NCBI GenBank assembly: GCA_030704615.1
Contig: CM060731.1
Span: 75,516,001-75,580,000 of the forward strand
Direction: 5' to 3'
Length of the DNA: 64,000 nt
DNA from: Takakia lepidozioides
Taxonomy: Eukaryota; Plantae; Bryophyta
The translations under genes were made by a program, and so were the position numbers. Below, one piece after another: positions 52,001 through 64,000 of the stretch. The notes below the pieces were generated by a model. It saw only the letters and a program-made list of their open reading frames with translations. It did no database searches and was not told where the DNA came from. The number at the start of each line of letters is the position of its first letter. Positions within the stretch are counted from its first letter, which is position 1.

Positions 52001-55000
52001 CGTCAGCACGCGAAACACAGTCCAACAGGTCCCAAAGCAATAGCAGCTCCAACAAAATACATTCAACGGGTGAACGCATGGTTGCCCATCCAAATCATTT
52101 TTGTTAGCTTCCAAACTTTCCCAGCACGTTTCAGACACCCTCTCACAGGTCCCGGACTAATATCAGATCAATCGAAATTCATTCGATGGCTCAACGGATG
52201 GTTGGCCATCGAAATGATTTTGGTTCGCTTTGAGACTTGGCCACTATGCTCAATGTGCCATGTAAGAGGTCCCAGAGTAATATGAGATCAATCGAAATTC
52301 GTTCAATGGGCCAACGGATGGTTGCCCATCCAAATGATTTTCGTTCGCTTTGAAACTTGGCCAGTGTGTTCAATGTACCCTCTGATACGTCCCATTGTAA
52401 TATGAGATCAATCGACATTCGTTCGATTGTCCAATGAGGCGTTCACTTGTCATCTGGTTTTTGTTCAATGCGAAGAAGAAATCCTGCAATGCGTGCACGA
52501 CTATTGCACCCATTGAACGGATGTGGTTGAAGCCCCTCTTTTGCCCGCATGTGCTTGAATATGTGTGCGACACATGTGCAGAGACACAACAGACGAATAA
52601 ATCATTTGGCTCCCCATCGACATGCTCCCCCCTCAAGCCATTCCACAATTTAATTGAATTTAAATTTATTTTAAGCCAATAAATAGGTTTGCACTACCTT
52701 GCAGTGGGGGTTTCTGGCACGTATCGATTTTTGTATTTGCTCAATTGTGTTCTGCGGCTTCCAGCATCCCACGGCTACTTCCCCGCCAAAATTTGGACCA
52801 ATCAAAAATGCCCCAAAAAAGAAGTGTTCTCTTTGCTCACTATTGCATAACTCTCTGTAAAGAGTGCATGAAGTGGAACACAAATCAAGTTTGGATTTCA
52901 AAACAGGGAAGAAACTGTGGTTTTGGGTCCAAATGAATTTTGATCGCTCCCTTATTTGGCACGCACGTTGTATATGGCTACAGTACACGCCCCATTCAAA
53001 ACCAGAATGAAAAAACAATCGTGAGCACGCGAAACACAGTCCAACAGGTCCCAAAGCAATAGCAGCTCCAACAAAATACATTCAACGGGTGAACGGATGG
53101 TTGCCCATCCAAATCATTTTTGTTAGCTTCCAAACTTTTCCAGCACGTTTCAGACACCCTCTCACAGGTCCCGGACTAATATCAGATCAATCGAAATTCA
53201 TTCGATGGCTCAACGGATGGTTGGCCATTGAAATGATTTTGGTTCGCTTTGAGACTTGGCCACTATGTTCAATGTGCCATGTAAGAGGCCCCAGAGTAAT
53301 ATGAAATCAATCGAAATTCGTTCAATGGGCCAACGGATGGTTGCCCATCCAAATGATTTTCGTTCGCTTTGAAACTTGGCCAGTGTGTTCAATGTACCAT
53401 CTGATACGTCCCAGTGTAATACGAGATCAATCGAAAATCGTTCGATTGTCCAATGAGGCGTTCACTTGTCATCTGGTTTTTGTTCAATGCGAAAAAGAAA
53501 TCCTGCAATGCGTGCACGACTATTGCACCCATTGAACGGATGTGGTTGAAGCCCCTCTTTTGCCCGCATGTGCTTGAACATGTGTGCGACACATGTGCAG
53601 AGACACAACAGACGAATAAATCATTTGGCTCCCCATCGACATGCTCCCCCTCAAGCCATTCCACAATTTAATTGAATTTAAATTTATTTTAAGCCAATAA
53701 ATAGGTTTGCACTGCCTTGCAGTGGGGGTTTTTGGCACGTATCGATTTTTGTATTTGCTCAATTTTGTTCTGCGGCTTCCAGCATCCCACGGCTACTTCC
53801 CCGCCAAAATTTGGACCAATCAAAAATGCCCCAAAAAAGAAGTGTTCTCTTCGCTCACTATTGCATAACTCTCTGTAAAGAGGGCATGAAATGGAACACA
53901 AATCAAGTTTGGAGTGCAAAACAGGGAAGAAACTGTGGTTTTGGGTCCAAATGAATTTTGATCGCTCCCTTATTTGGCACGCACGTTGTATATGGCTACA
54001 TTACACGCCCCATTCAAAGCAGAATGAAAAAAAAATCGTGAGCACGCGAAACACAGTCCAACAGGTCCCAAAGCAATAGCAGCTCCAACAAAATACATTC
54101 AACGGGTGAACGGATGGTTGCCCATCCAAATCATTTTTGTTAGCTTCCAAACTTTTCCAGCACGTTTCAGACACCCTCTCACAGGTCTCGGACTAATATC
54201 AGATCAATCGAAATTCGTTCGATGGCTCAATGGATGGTTGGCCATTGAAATGATTTTGGTTCGCTTTGAGACTTGGCCACTATGTTCAATGTGCCATGTA
54301 AGAGGCCCCAGAATAATATGAGATCAATCGAAATTCGTTCAATGGGCCAACGGATGGTTGCCCATCCAAATGATTTTCGTTCGCTTTGAAACTTGGCCAG
54401 TGTGTTCAATGTACCATCTGATACGTCCCAGTGTAATACGAGATCAATCGAAAATCGTTCGATTGTCCAATGAGGCGTTCACTTGTCATCTGGTTTTTGT
54501 TCAATGCGAAAAAGAAATCCTGCAATGCGTGCACGACTATTGCACCCATTGAACGGATGTGGTTGAAGCCCCTCTTTTGCCCGCATGTGCTTGAACATGT
54601 GTGCGACACATGTGCAGAGACACAACAGACGAATAAATCATTTGGCTCCCCATCGACATGCTCCCCCCTCAAGCCATTCCACAATTTAATTGAATTTAAA
54701 TTTATTTTAAGCCAATAAATAGGTTTGCACTGCCTTGCAGTGGGGGATTCTGGCACGTATCGATTTTTGTATTTGCTCAATTTTGTTCTGCGGCTTCCAG
54801 CATCCCACGGCTACTTCCCCGCCAAAATTTGGACCAATCAAAAGTGCCCCAAAAAAGAAGTGTTCTCTTCGCTCACTATTGCATAACTCTCTGTAAAGAG
54901 TGCATGAAGTGGAACACAAATCAAGTTTGGAGTGCAAAACAGGGAAGAAACTGTGGTTTTGGGTCCAAATGAATTTTGATCGCTCCCTAATTTGGCACGC

Positions 55001-55468
55001 ACGTTGTATATGGCTACATTACACGCCCCATTCAAAGCAGAATGAAAAAAAAATCGTGAGCACGCGAAACACAGTCCAACAGGTCCCAAAGCAATAGCAG
55101 CTCCAACAAAATACATTCAACGGGTGAACGGATGGTTGCCCATCCAAATCATTTTTGTTAGCTTCCAAACTTTGTCAGCACGTTTCAGACACCCTCTCAC
55201 AGGTCCCGGACTAATATCAGATCAATCGAAATTCATTCGATGGCTCAACGGATGGTTGGCCATTGAAATGATTTTGGTTCGCTTTGAGACTTGGCCACTA
55301 TGTTCAATGTGCCATGTAAGAGGCCCCAGAGTAATATGAGATCAATCGAAATTCGTTCAATGGGCCAATGGATGGTTGCCCATCCAAATGATTTTTGTTC
55401 GCTTTGAAACTTGGCCAATGTGTTCAATGTACCCTCTGATACATCCTAGTGTAATATGAGATCAATTT
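49010..55468. repeat. Tandem satellite, ~1018-bp unit, about 6.3 copies, with internal ~120-bp subrepeats
   Basis: Homologous ORFs start at 51051, 53089, 54106 and 55124 (period 1017-1019 bp). Each unit has 3-4 diverged AACGGATGGTTG.CCATC.AAATGATTTT monomers. Confidence 0.97.
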
Positions 55469-55681
55469 AAATTATTTTGTGCTTTGAAAACTTTGTGTGT
55501 ATGTTCGTAGAAAGATCATAGATTTTGCGAAATGATTATGAAATACACAGGGACTAGGCGAAATTTGTTTGGAAGATGACCGTTCGTAACTCGTTATAAT
55601 TTATTTGTTAACATCAATTTTCCTTGTTCTCCAGCTTTCGGAGCTCATTGCAAATACCCATATACACGTCATGACCAAATA

Positions 55682-57777
55682 TGTCGCGCACCTCACTTCG
55701 GTAAGCTCCCCTTCAAGTCACAGTTACTCGCTCTGATGCGCGCGCCCAACTCCCTAACTGGCCGCCGGGCCAACTCGGAGCTTCGGCTGCTCAATGGGAC
55801 ATAACGGTCCCCCTTTACTCCTCCATAAGACCCTCTCCCAATTTGGGCCTAGTGGAAATTCCCTTTGGTCGATGACAATCCGGAATAGCTCCCCACACCT
55901 TGGTCGCTTTCCGGCTCGCACGCTTACTCACTAGTTTTTGGTCACCAACGGGCTTGCACCGTTCTCGAGGTTACTACTCCCTATATATACTTCTGTGACT
56001 GTCCGCGGGGGTTTCACAAACAACCATGCCATTTTATGGCGAACCACCACGAAAACCCTCGATTCCCGGTGATGAGTCGCGGTGAGTCTTGGCCCACTCA
56101 CCATGGTCCCATTGGACCGTGATGAGTCCCAAGACTCCCCACGACTCCCACCACAAGGTCTCCGCCCCCATGGTGAGTCCTATGCCACCCCCACTAAGTC
56201 CCACTAAGCTACCACCACCCCTCGTGGAACCACCCCCACCGCAACCCGGTGTGCGGGGCTCCACCTAGTGAGCACCTCCGCCTCCTTGAGTGCCTTGGGC
56301 ACTCAAGGGTGCTTTAGCCCCCGCATCTATTGTCGCCACTGCCCCCACCACAGGGGCAGCCCCTCTCGTGTCTTGACCTCCTGTCCTTAAGGCGAAGGGC
56401 CGCGACACACACCCCTACCAGCAGGGAGTCGATGTCCTCATCGACTTGTCTATTTTGTAGAAACGAACATCCAAGTTGTGACGTCCCACATCAAGGAGTT
56501 TGTTTCCGCACCAGGGCGTCCTATGGCTAAGAACAAACCCCCACTTGACTCTACTCTCCACTAGCTAGTTTGGCCGACTTCCTCCAAGTCCCGGCCAAGG
56601 GTGGAGCCTCTCAAGCTCCTCCCAGTGCACTCTTCTTGACCCACTTCAGGGCCAAGGAACGATCCTCCCCGATGATCGAACCGCCTTACTACAACAACAT
56701 TTGCTTGCGACCACTCGTGATGTCGCCTTTGGCATCACCTTGAGCAAGGGTTCGCCTTGAACCCTTTTTTACTAGGAAAATAACCTTGAACCAACCGTGC
56801 GCCCCAATCACTACAATTGGGTCCGCCTTGGAATGCTGGCCTGAGGTACGGGAACACGCCGAAGCCGCACTATGACTTCGTTCCGAGGCTACACGATTAT
56901 AATACGTGAACGGAAGCACGTAGCTTCTGCGTTAGCCCGCATTACAAGGCAACCCCCTCGGTAGCGCAGTTATAGTATGCGCACACGCCAGGTGCGCACT
57001 AGCACGTGAACTCCCAACGAAGGCGCAAGTTTCCTTGCCCCTTGGATAGGAGTCATCCGATTTCGGCACTACACAAACACACGATTAATCCAATTTACCT
57101 CTCCCACTTTGTAAGCTTAGCATGCATTCTAGCCAACCATACCATGCATCATCATTCCAAACAAAATAGGACGCACAACATTTGGAAACCATTTCATTTA
57201 TAACAAAATTTATACAATACAAGTTTTTGCTACCTCCAAGGTTGATGTCCCCATCAACGTTTCTTGCGCTTTTGAGGTCGCCCTTCGAGAACTGCAGCCG
57301 CCTCGGATGCGTTCCTCATTTCTGAGGCACGCACCCAAGATGCCTCCACATGATGATAGCCCTTCCATTTCACGAGATACTCCGTTTCTCGATTCTTGAA
57401 CCTCCTCGACTTAAGCACTGCCTCCACCTCATACTCAGGTTCATTTTTATGATCCAACAGCATAGGTGGCGGACGCAACACTTGAGGCCGATTCAGACGC
57501 GCTTCATCTTTGAAGTAAGGCTTCAAAAGGGAAACGTGGAATACCGGATGCACCTTGCTGTTTGCCGGCAGCTCCAATTCATACACATCCTCATTCATAA
57601 CCTTCCGGATGCGAAAGGGTCCCGCATACGGAGATACGAACTTCGGACTCACTTCCAGAGGTAGTCGAAAATTCTTGATGTTCAACCAGACCTCCGTGCC
57701 TGCCTCGAACTTAAACTCCCTCCGCTTCCGATTTGCCTGCCATTCATACCGTTTCCTAGCTTTGGCAATGTTGTACT
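55682..57777 (-). mobile_element. Truncated second family B copy: 3' LTR (55682-56407), 3' region and integrase C-terminus/chromodomain (57254-57777)
   Basis: Homologous to 38972-41112; EYEVEAVLKSRR..YLVKWKGY. Confidence 0.93.
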
Positions 57778-57894
57778 ATGTTGTCTCAATGCCTTTTCTT
57801 GATTTTTGGACTTGGGTTTTTTTCTCGCTAGCTCCCAACGCCCCGGTATTCTAGAATCGTCAACAATCCTACAGTGACGGACCTTAGCATACCC

Positions 57895-58476
57895 TCATTC
57901 TTTGTAAGGGCCAATCTCTACCACCTTCGCATTAGAGTTCAGGTAATAAAGACCAGTTGTGCCTCCCCCACCCAATGACCCCGTCTTCCAAGGGACAACC
58001 CTAGTCCGTCGATGTGAATTCTGACTTGCCGAGCTAGCCCAATACTCAACACGCCGCATTAACTCGGCTTCGGCGGAGGGCACTCGACCCTCAGTTCTTC
58101 TACCCTTTCATGTCTTCATTAGCTGCCTCAAATTCCACGTGGCGTCTTTCGCCCTGCTTTGGATCCATCGATTGAACTTCGGCTTGTCCCTGTCCGCCGT
58201 CCACTTAGCCCCCGCCAAAGCGTTTGTCATTTTCCTCTCCATATTTTGCTGAAAAATCTGAAACCTCTCCCATCCATGCCTAACTTAAGCACTCTCCAGC
58301 CTCATCATGTCCCTACCCTTGAAATAATCCGCTACCACTTCTTTCACCCTATCCAAGGCATTCAGTCCCGGGTAGTCTGGCTTGTTAACCTGGCTATCCC
58401 GCTCGTGGGCACGTTTTCTCTTCCTCCACCCCCCAGACGATCCCGCCCCAGAACTTGAATTCACAACCCCCGACAT
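57895..58476 (-). pseudogene. Degenerate ORF of unknown function inside the hairpin-array element
   Basis: Two ORF pieces (58285-58476 and 57895-58083) in the same frame, separated by stops. Basic NLS-like RKRKR near the N-terminus. Confidence 0.35.
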
Positions 58477-59124
58477 TGTATAAACCTTTGTCCACTACAG
58501 GGTCCAAAACCTCAGAAAAATGACAATGAATGCGTGTGGATGGTGTCTTCGTAGTTTTCTGCAAAAAAAACAGGCCGCCGGAGATCCGGAAACGACAAAA
58601 TGGTGATACGATGATTGTACCGTGAACAAGTGTGTGGGACTGACCAATAGAAAACCGAAAAAACCTTCCCCCCCCCAAATAATCACCTTTGTACCTCCCG
58701 TTGGCAGTGCCAAACAACGAAGTCCAAAAAGACTACAGGATGCCAAGGAACCACACCACAAGAGGGGCAAAAGTGATCAGAAAAGGAAGGGGGGAATGGT
58801 TTATATAGGCGCCCACCGGCCCCCCCCAAAAAAAAAATGGCATTATGCTTGAAAAGGCGCGACAGGCCAGTGGCGCCTCGCTACGTGTCAACGCGGCGCG
58901 ACAGGCCAGTCGTACCTCGCCACGACTGGGAGAGGTCAAGGGTTCAAAACCACCTCCCCCCATCCCATTTGTTTCGTTTTTCCTGACTCGTGGCACCTCG
59001 CCACATGGCTGGCCGAGGCATCGCTTCATGATTAAAAATAAAAAACAAAATGCCACACGGCGGGTCCCTGGATTTCTAAGAAAAAAAAAAACACGCAACC
59101 GCTTATCTTAAAATGTAATGAAAT

Positions 59125-59733
59125 ACAAGCGACCGCCAATACGGGCGGTTGCTTCATTTAAAAATAAATAAATTACGGGCGACTGCCAATATTGGCGGTC
59201 GCTTCATTTAAAAATAAATAAATTACGGGCAACTGCCAATATGGGAGGTTGCCTCATTTAAAAATAAATAAATTACGGGCGACCGCCAATATGGGCGGTG
59301 GCTTCATTTAAAAATAAATAAATTACGGGCGATCGCCAATTTCGGCGGTCGTTTCATTTAAAAATAAATAAATTACCGACGACCGCCAATATTGGTGGTC
59401 GCTTAATTTAACAAAATATTAAATTACAAACGACCGCCAATATGAGCGGTCGCTTTTATTAAAAATAATAAATTATATGCGACCGCCAATATAGGCGAAC
59501 TCATTTTTTAAAACAAATTAATAAATACTAATAATTGGCCACGTCTGTTTTACACCGTGGCTGCCATGTCATTACAAATGGTAGAAGTAAATTGTAAAAG
59601 TAAAATGTAAAAAATATTATGTGGATAATCGTCCGGATTCGACGTGACATGACGCACGTCGGACGTGACGGCCAACGTATCAGCGCCACGTCATGTCAGG
59701 AATGAAAACTAGGGCCACCAATGCGACGCGTAC
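59125..59733. mobile_element. Terminal region of a second GCGACCGCC-hairpin element (50-bp units, about 7 copies)
   Basis: Unit AAAATAAATAAATTACGGGCGACCGCCAATATTGGCGGTCGCTTCATTTA. The terminal segment shares TATCAGCGCCACGTC and GACGTGAC motifs with 21461-21580. Confidence 0.7.
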
Positions 59734-60060
59734 TTTCTCGTCTGGACCCCGTACGACGACAAGTGGAGCGTACTCGAAGTCTGATAATTCTGTTGGAGGT
59801 TGAGGCTTCGGACCCAGACGGCAACGAAATCATGTTTGAAGGCAGCTTCGAAAATCAGAATGCTCAAATTACTGCGTGGTCCCAAGTTCAAGGTGTTGGA
59901 CACTATCGATGGTTGTACGGACCTATAAATCATTTGAGTCAAGAACAAAAAGCCGAATACTTGGCAAGTACCATTCGTCGGATTTTGGATTTTCTCCAAC
60001 TTTAAGCAAGTCCATGATTTTATCGCTCCTCGAGGAACTCGGCGCTAGAAGAGGGGGTGA

Positions 60061-60334
60061 TGTCACGGACATAGCCCAGAAGAACTTACCAAGAGTAAAT
60101 ACCAGAAGTTAATAAGTTACGGAAAGTTACCATGACTTACCATGATTTACTATGATCTACCATGATTTACCATTACTTATCAAGTTACCGGAAGTTCATC
60201 AAATTACCAAGAGTAACTTGGAAAACTACTTCGGAAGCTTCTTTGGAGGAAACTTCTCCATCAAGATACCTCTTTTGTTTAAGGAAGCTTCTCCATCAAG
60301 AAACCTTTGTTTAATCTTGGAAACTTCTCCATCA
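60061..60334 (+). repeat. 5' half of a family A LTR, preceded by PPT (GAAGAGGGGGTGA)
   Basis: TGTCACGGACATAGCC start as at 16046. Interrupted by CACTA after CTCCATCA. Confidence 0.9.
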
Positions 60335-60720
60335 CACTACTAAGTTTGGGGGGGTTAGCGATGGCCCAACGACCTCCAACCGCCGCGATTAGCGATAGAA
60401 ATACTGTACGGCGCCCGGGGCATTTTACGACGTCGGGAAATCGCAGCGACGTCGCTCCAACGTCGCTAATTAGCGTCGTCGGGGAATCGCAAACCCCTCG
60501 GGACCCTCGGCCGAGGCACCGGCGCGACTTGCGACGTTCGGGCATCGCAAAAAAAAAAAAAAAAAAAAAAACAAACGTTTTTTTCTGCGACGTTTTTTCT
60601 GTGATGTCGCATTATGGACGTCCGGGGGTCGTAAATGCGACCCCCAGACGTCACAGTAGGGGGGTACATTTGAATTTAGGTGGGAAGATTTGAATTTGAA
60701 TTTGAATTTCAAAAACTAGT
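60335..60720. mobile_element. Second CACTA terminus
   Basis: CACTACTAAGTTTGGGGGGGTTAGCGA with GCGACG subterminal repeats. Preceded by TCA. Confidence 0.85.
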
Positions 60721-60939
60721 TGACCATTGACTCCGGTTTTGTCCAATGGCAGTTCATGCATTGTTCCACATATATTAGGCAATGCATATTTGAACCTAGG
60801 ACCTCCACATTATAACATTTCTAAGACATTGCACACTAACCAACAAATCTACAATACATCTATGTATCACAAAAGCAGTCCAAGTATATATATACATATC
60901 AAGAGTTAGCTCCTAGTGAATACCACTATCTCAATCCTA

Positions 60940-61855
60940 TCATTGTGATCTCGTGGTCAATGAGGGGCCCAATGGCATGTGATCAATTCTGGCCTGCATC
61001 CGCCTACTTCGCGGTGAAAGTTGACTTTCTTCTTCACTCTCACGACGTGGCGGTGGTGGATCGAGAACAAGTGTTCGGACTGCATGCAAATCGGCAACGA
61101 GGCTGTCCACATCCGGCAATACAGCCCCTGAAACACGATGATAACGGTCTGTCCATAATCGCCTCCATTTCTCTACAACTGCCTTGATGGTACTTTTGAA
61201 ACTTTCCAACTGCCTCTCGCGGGCCCTCTCCCTAATCATTGTGTCGTTTCGACGATAAGCCGCCTCGTACGCATCATTCATTTAGCGTTGACATATTATA
61301 ACATCTTCGAGTTCGGACAGCAACAAATGTCTCCCAATCGGTTGTCAGTCATACAATTCGTTCTCCTCCGACACCCATGGAATCTGTGGGAGCCGAATAA
61401 ACCTGGACCTTGTTTGACTCCAATGCCCTCCCAGATTGCGGCAAAACTGCTCTCTCTCCCACCAATCTCGAATACCTCCCGCACGTATGGTTATCTCCCA
61501 ATCAGATATGACCCAAAAATACTGGGGATCTTTGATGTATGTCGGGTTTCCGGCATGTATGCCGTGCATCTCTTTGTCTGCATCCCATACCAAGTTATTG
61601 CCCCAATGCGCACAATTCAGAAATGTGTATGGTAGCCCATCCAATGGGAGGTTGTGTCGATTGTATTCAAAACCTATGGGCATCCGATCCTCCAAGCCCA
61701 CCAGCTCATAGAAACGGCGATGGATTGATATACGGCATCCTGGGCAAGCGCTCGTCCGCAAGGCTTGCGGGATAAGACATGTGAGATGGAATATATGTCC
61801 ACATGATCCAAGCACATGACATCCCTTTAGGCCGTATGGATTCCTACACATCAAA
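60940..61855 (-). pseudogene. Mirror copy of the RING-H2 gene, one premature stop (61345-61347)
   Basis: LMCRNPYG..CGHIFHLTC..CPGC; continues in ORF 60940-61281. Confidence 0.75.
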
Positions 61856-62754
61856 GAATCCATACGGTCCAGAGGGATGTCATGTGCTTGGATCATGTGG
61901 CCATATATTCCATCTCACATGTCTTATCCCGCAAGCCTTGCAGACGAGCGCTTGCCCAGGATGCCGTATATCAATCCATCGCCGTTTCTATGAGCTGGTG
62001 GGCTTGGAGGATCGGATGCCCATAGGTTTTGAATACAATCGACACAACCTCCCATTGGATGGGCTACCATACACATTTCTGAATTGTGCGCATTGGGGCA
62101 ATAACTTGGTATGGGATGCAGACAAAGAGATGCATGGCATACATGCCGGAAACCCGACATACATCAAAGATCCCCAATATTTTTGGGTCACATCTGATTG
62201 GGAGATAACCATACGTGCGGGAGGTATTCGAGATTGGTGGGAGAGAGAGCAGTTTTGCCGCAGTCTGGGAGGGCATTGGAGTCAAAGAAGGTCCAGGTTT
62301 ATCAGGCTCCCACAAATTCCATGGGTGCCGGAGGAGAACGAATTGTATGACCGACAACCGATTGGGAGACATTTGTTGCTGTCCGAACTCGAAGATGTTA
62401 TAATATGTCAACGCCAAATGAATGATGCGTATGAGGCGGCTTATCGTCGAAACAACACAATGATTAGGGACAGGGCCCGCGAGAGGCAGTTGGAAAGTTT
62501 CAAAAGTACCATCAAGGCAGTTGTAGAGAAATAGAGGAGATTTTGGACAGACTGTTATCATCGTGTTTCGGGGGCTGTATTGCCGGATGTGGACAGCCTC
62601 GTTGCCGATTTGCATGCAGCCCGAACACTTGTTCTCGATCCACCACCGCCACATCGTGAGAGTGAAGAAGAAAGTCAACTTTCGCTGCGAAGTAGGCGGA
62701 TGCAGGCCAAAATTGATCACATGCCATTGGGCCCCTCATTGACCACGAGATCAC
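60945..62754. repeat. Long inverted repeat: 899-bp arms (60945-61843, 61856-62754) and a 12-nt loop
   Basis: The arms are reverse complements with scattered substitutions and encode the same protein on both strands. Confidence 0.97.
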
Positions 62755-62831
62755 GGTCGCAAGCTCTGGCAATTGGCAGTGCAAATCAGGCCACAACATC
62801 AAATTCCACATCCACGGACAGTGACGACTAG
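61856..62831 (+). pseudogene. RING-H2 zinc-finger gene, 5'-truncated, one premature stop (62532-62534)
   Basis: C-x-H-x2-H-x2-C...C-x2-C (SCGHIFHLTC..CPGC) followed by about 280 aa of unrecognised sequence. Confidence 0.75.
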
Positions 62832-63070
62832 GCTTTGAATGACTGGCAGCATAATACATATACAGTATGCATTTTTGTTGTACCTTGAATATTGTTGGAA
62901 AACACAGTGATGACATTCCGCCAAGTTTGTATATCACCAGTTTTGTTAATACAGAATGCACATGTGCGGCACCTGCCAATTGCATGAGCAGCGTTTTCTT
63001 CACGTTTACACTCGTGTGATAGGGAAGAAATAGTTCACCCTGTAAACAAATTTACAATGGTGTCATATTT

Positions 63071-63290
63071 TGTCGCGGCCCTTCGCCTTGAGGACAGGGG
63101 GTCGGGACACGCGAGGGGCTGCCCCTGTGGTGGGGGCAGTGGCGACAATAGATGCGGGGACTAAAACACCCTTGAGTGCCTTGGCGGAGGTGCTCACTAG
63201 GTGGAGCCCCGCACACCGGGTTGCGGTGGGGGTGGTTTCACGAGGGGTGGTGGTAGCTTAGTGGGACTTAGTGGGGGTGGCATAGGACTC
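63071..63290 (+). repeat. Partial 5' LTR of family B, sister of 55682-56407
   Basis: TGTCGCGGCC start. Shares diagnostic variants (GTGGTGGGGGCAGTGGCGACAATAGATGCG, CTTCGCC) with the 55682 LTR but not with the 38972/45161 LTRs. Confidence 0.9.
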
Positions 63291-63639
63291 GCTACGGAGT
63301 TTACTCTCTGCGACTCTCCCCCTCTAGTTTGCTTCGATCGTGTAGAAAAGGTGGACAACAGGGCTAGGATCTTTATGGACATTAGTGCGTCGGAGTCCGG
63401 TGATACCACCAGTTCCAGTGCATAGACATTTTCCGACTGGTTGCACTTGTTTAGGAATATCTAGGGAATCAACTATGAGGAGATTGCTTCTCTTGCGTCA
63501 AGTGTGTGTCTCCCTTCCCAACATTGTCTACATAAGACATTTCCTGGATATAAATTTTTTCATCTTCACTTGCAAGTCCATTCATACAATCTGTGTGGGT
63601 CCACAATACTTCCAATCTTTACACATACGCACGTAAATT

Positions 63640-63860
63640 GTTTATGCATCCAAAACATATGTCCATCCATCAACTATCCGAAATTCTACCATTCCAAATT
63701 TGTCCCTCCGTCATTCATCCAGTATTCCAGCATATATCATCCATCATTTGCCCCACACTTAGCCATCATGCATCCAACATCTAACCAACATTCATCCATC
63801 ATCCATCATTTTTCATCCATCCACCATTCATCTAACGTTCATCCAGCTTCACATCCAGGT
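63640..63860. repeat. CATC/CATCCA-rich low-complexity tract
   Basis: Many CATCCA/CATTC motifs. Confidence 0.6.
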
Positions 63861-64000
63861 ACGCATTATATTTTCACTCGTTCCCACGGGAATAGGTCCC
63901 CTGGGTTATCACCGTCCGCGGATGTGGGCCCCTACACCCTCTGGTGTGAGCATCTTTCCGCTCACTGATTGACATCTTCTCGCTTACGCATCTTCCCGCT

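Noticed and set aside
49143-55427. Repeated short ORFs as a tandem gene cluster
   Set aside because: They are by-products of the satellite, occur on both strands, and have variable stops and frameshifts between units.
61803-61896. MIQAHDIPL.. as the true N-terminus of the RING protein
   Set aside because: This ATG lies in the opposite palindrome arm and is antisense RING sequence. The native start is missing.
1-64000. tRNA, rRNA or other structural RNA genes
   Set aside because: None recognised by eye; a tRNAscan-SE or Infernal scan would be needed to exclude them.

Overview
Eukaryotic, transposon-dense DNA, most likely from a seed-free land plant such as a moss. The basis is PLS-class PPR fragments, Tcn1/Tf1-like and tRNA-iMet-primed chromoviruses, a non-chromovirus Ty3/gypsy element and GT-AG introns. 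No complete host gene is visible. The window opens with the 3' part of an apparently intact seven-exon Plavaka/CMC-type transposase gene, followed by scattered gene fragments and small TIR elements, including a clean hAT MITE with an 8-bp TSD. From about 14.5 kb onward it is a deeply nested TE stack. A Ty3/gypsy RT is split by a 30.75-kb block bounded by LTR ends and an ATAAG TSD. That block holds a decayed hAT transposase flanked by arrays of GCGACCGCC hairpins, a Pack-CACTA-like element carrying PPR fragments, a deleted gypsy, and a full-length chromovirus (CTGCA TSD, iMet PBS). Beyond it is a CACTA element carrying a ~1018-bp higher-order satellite and a RING-H2 gene folded into a 1.8-kb hairpin. 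Two independent TSD pairs show that a ~5.5-kb block (about 57778-63290) has been inverted. All family assignments come from motif recognition by eye; no database search was run.
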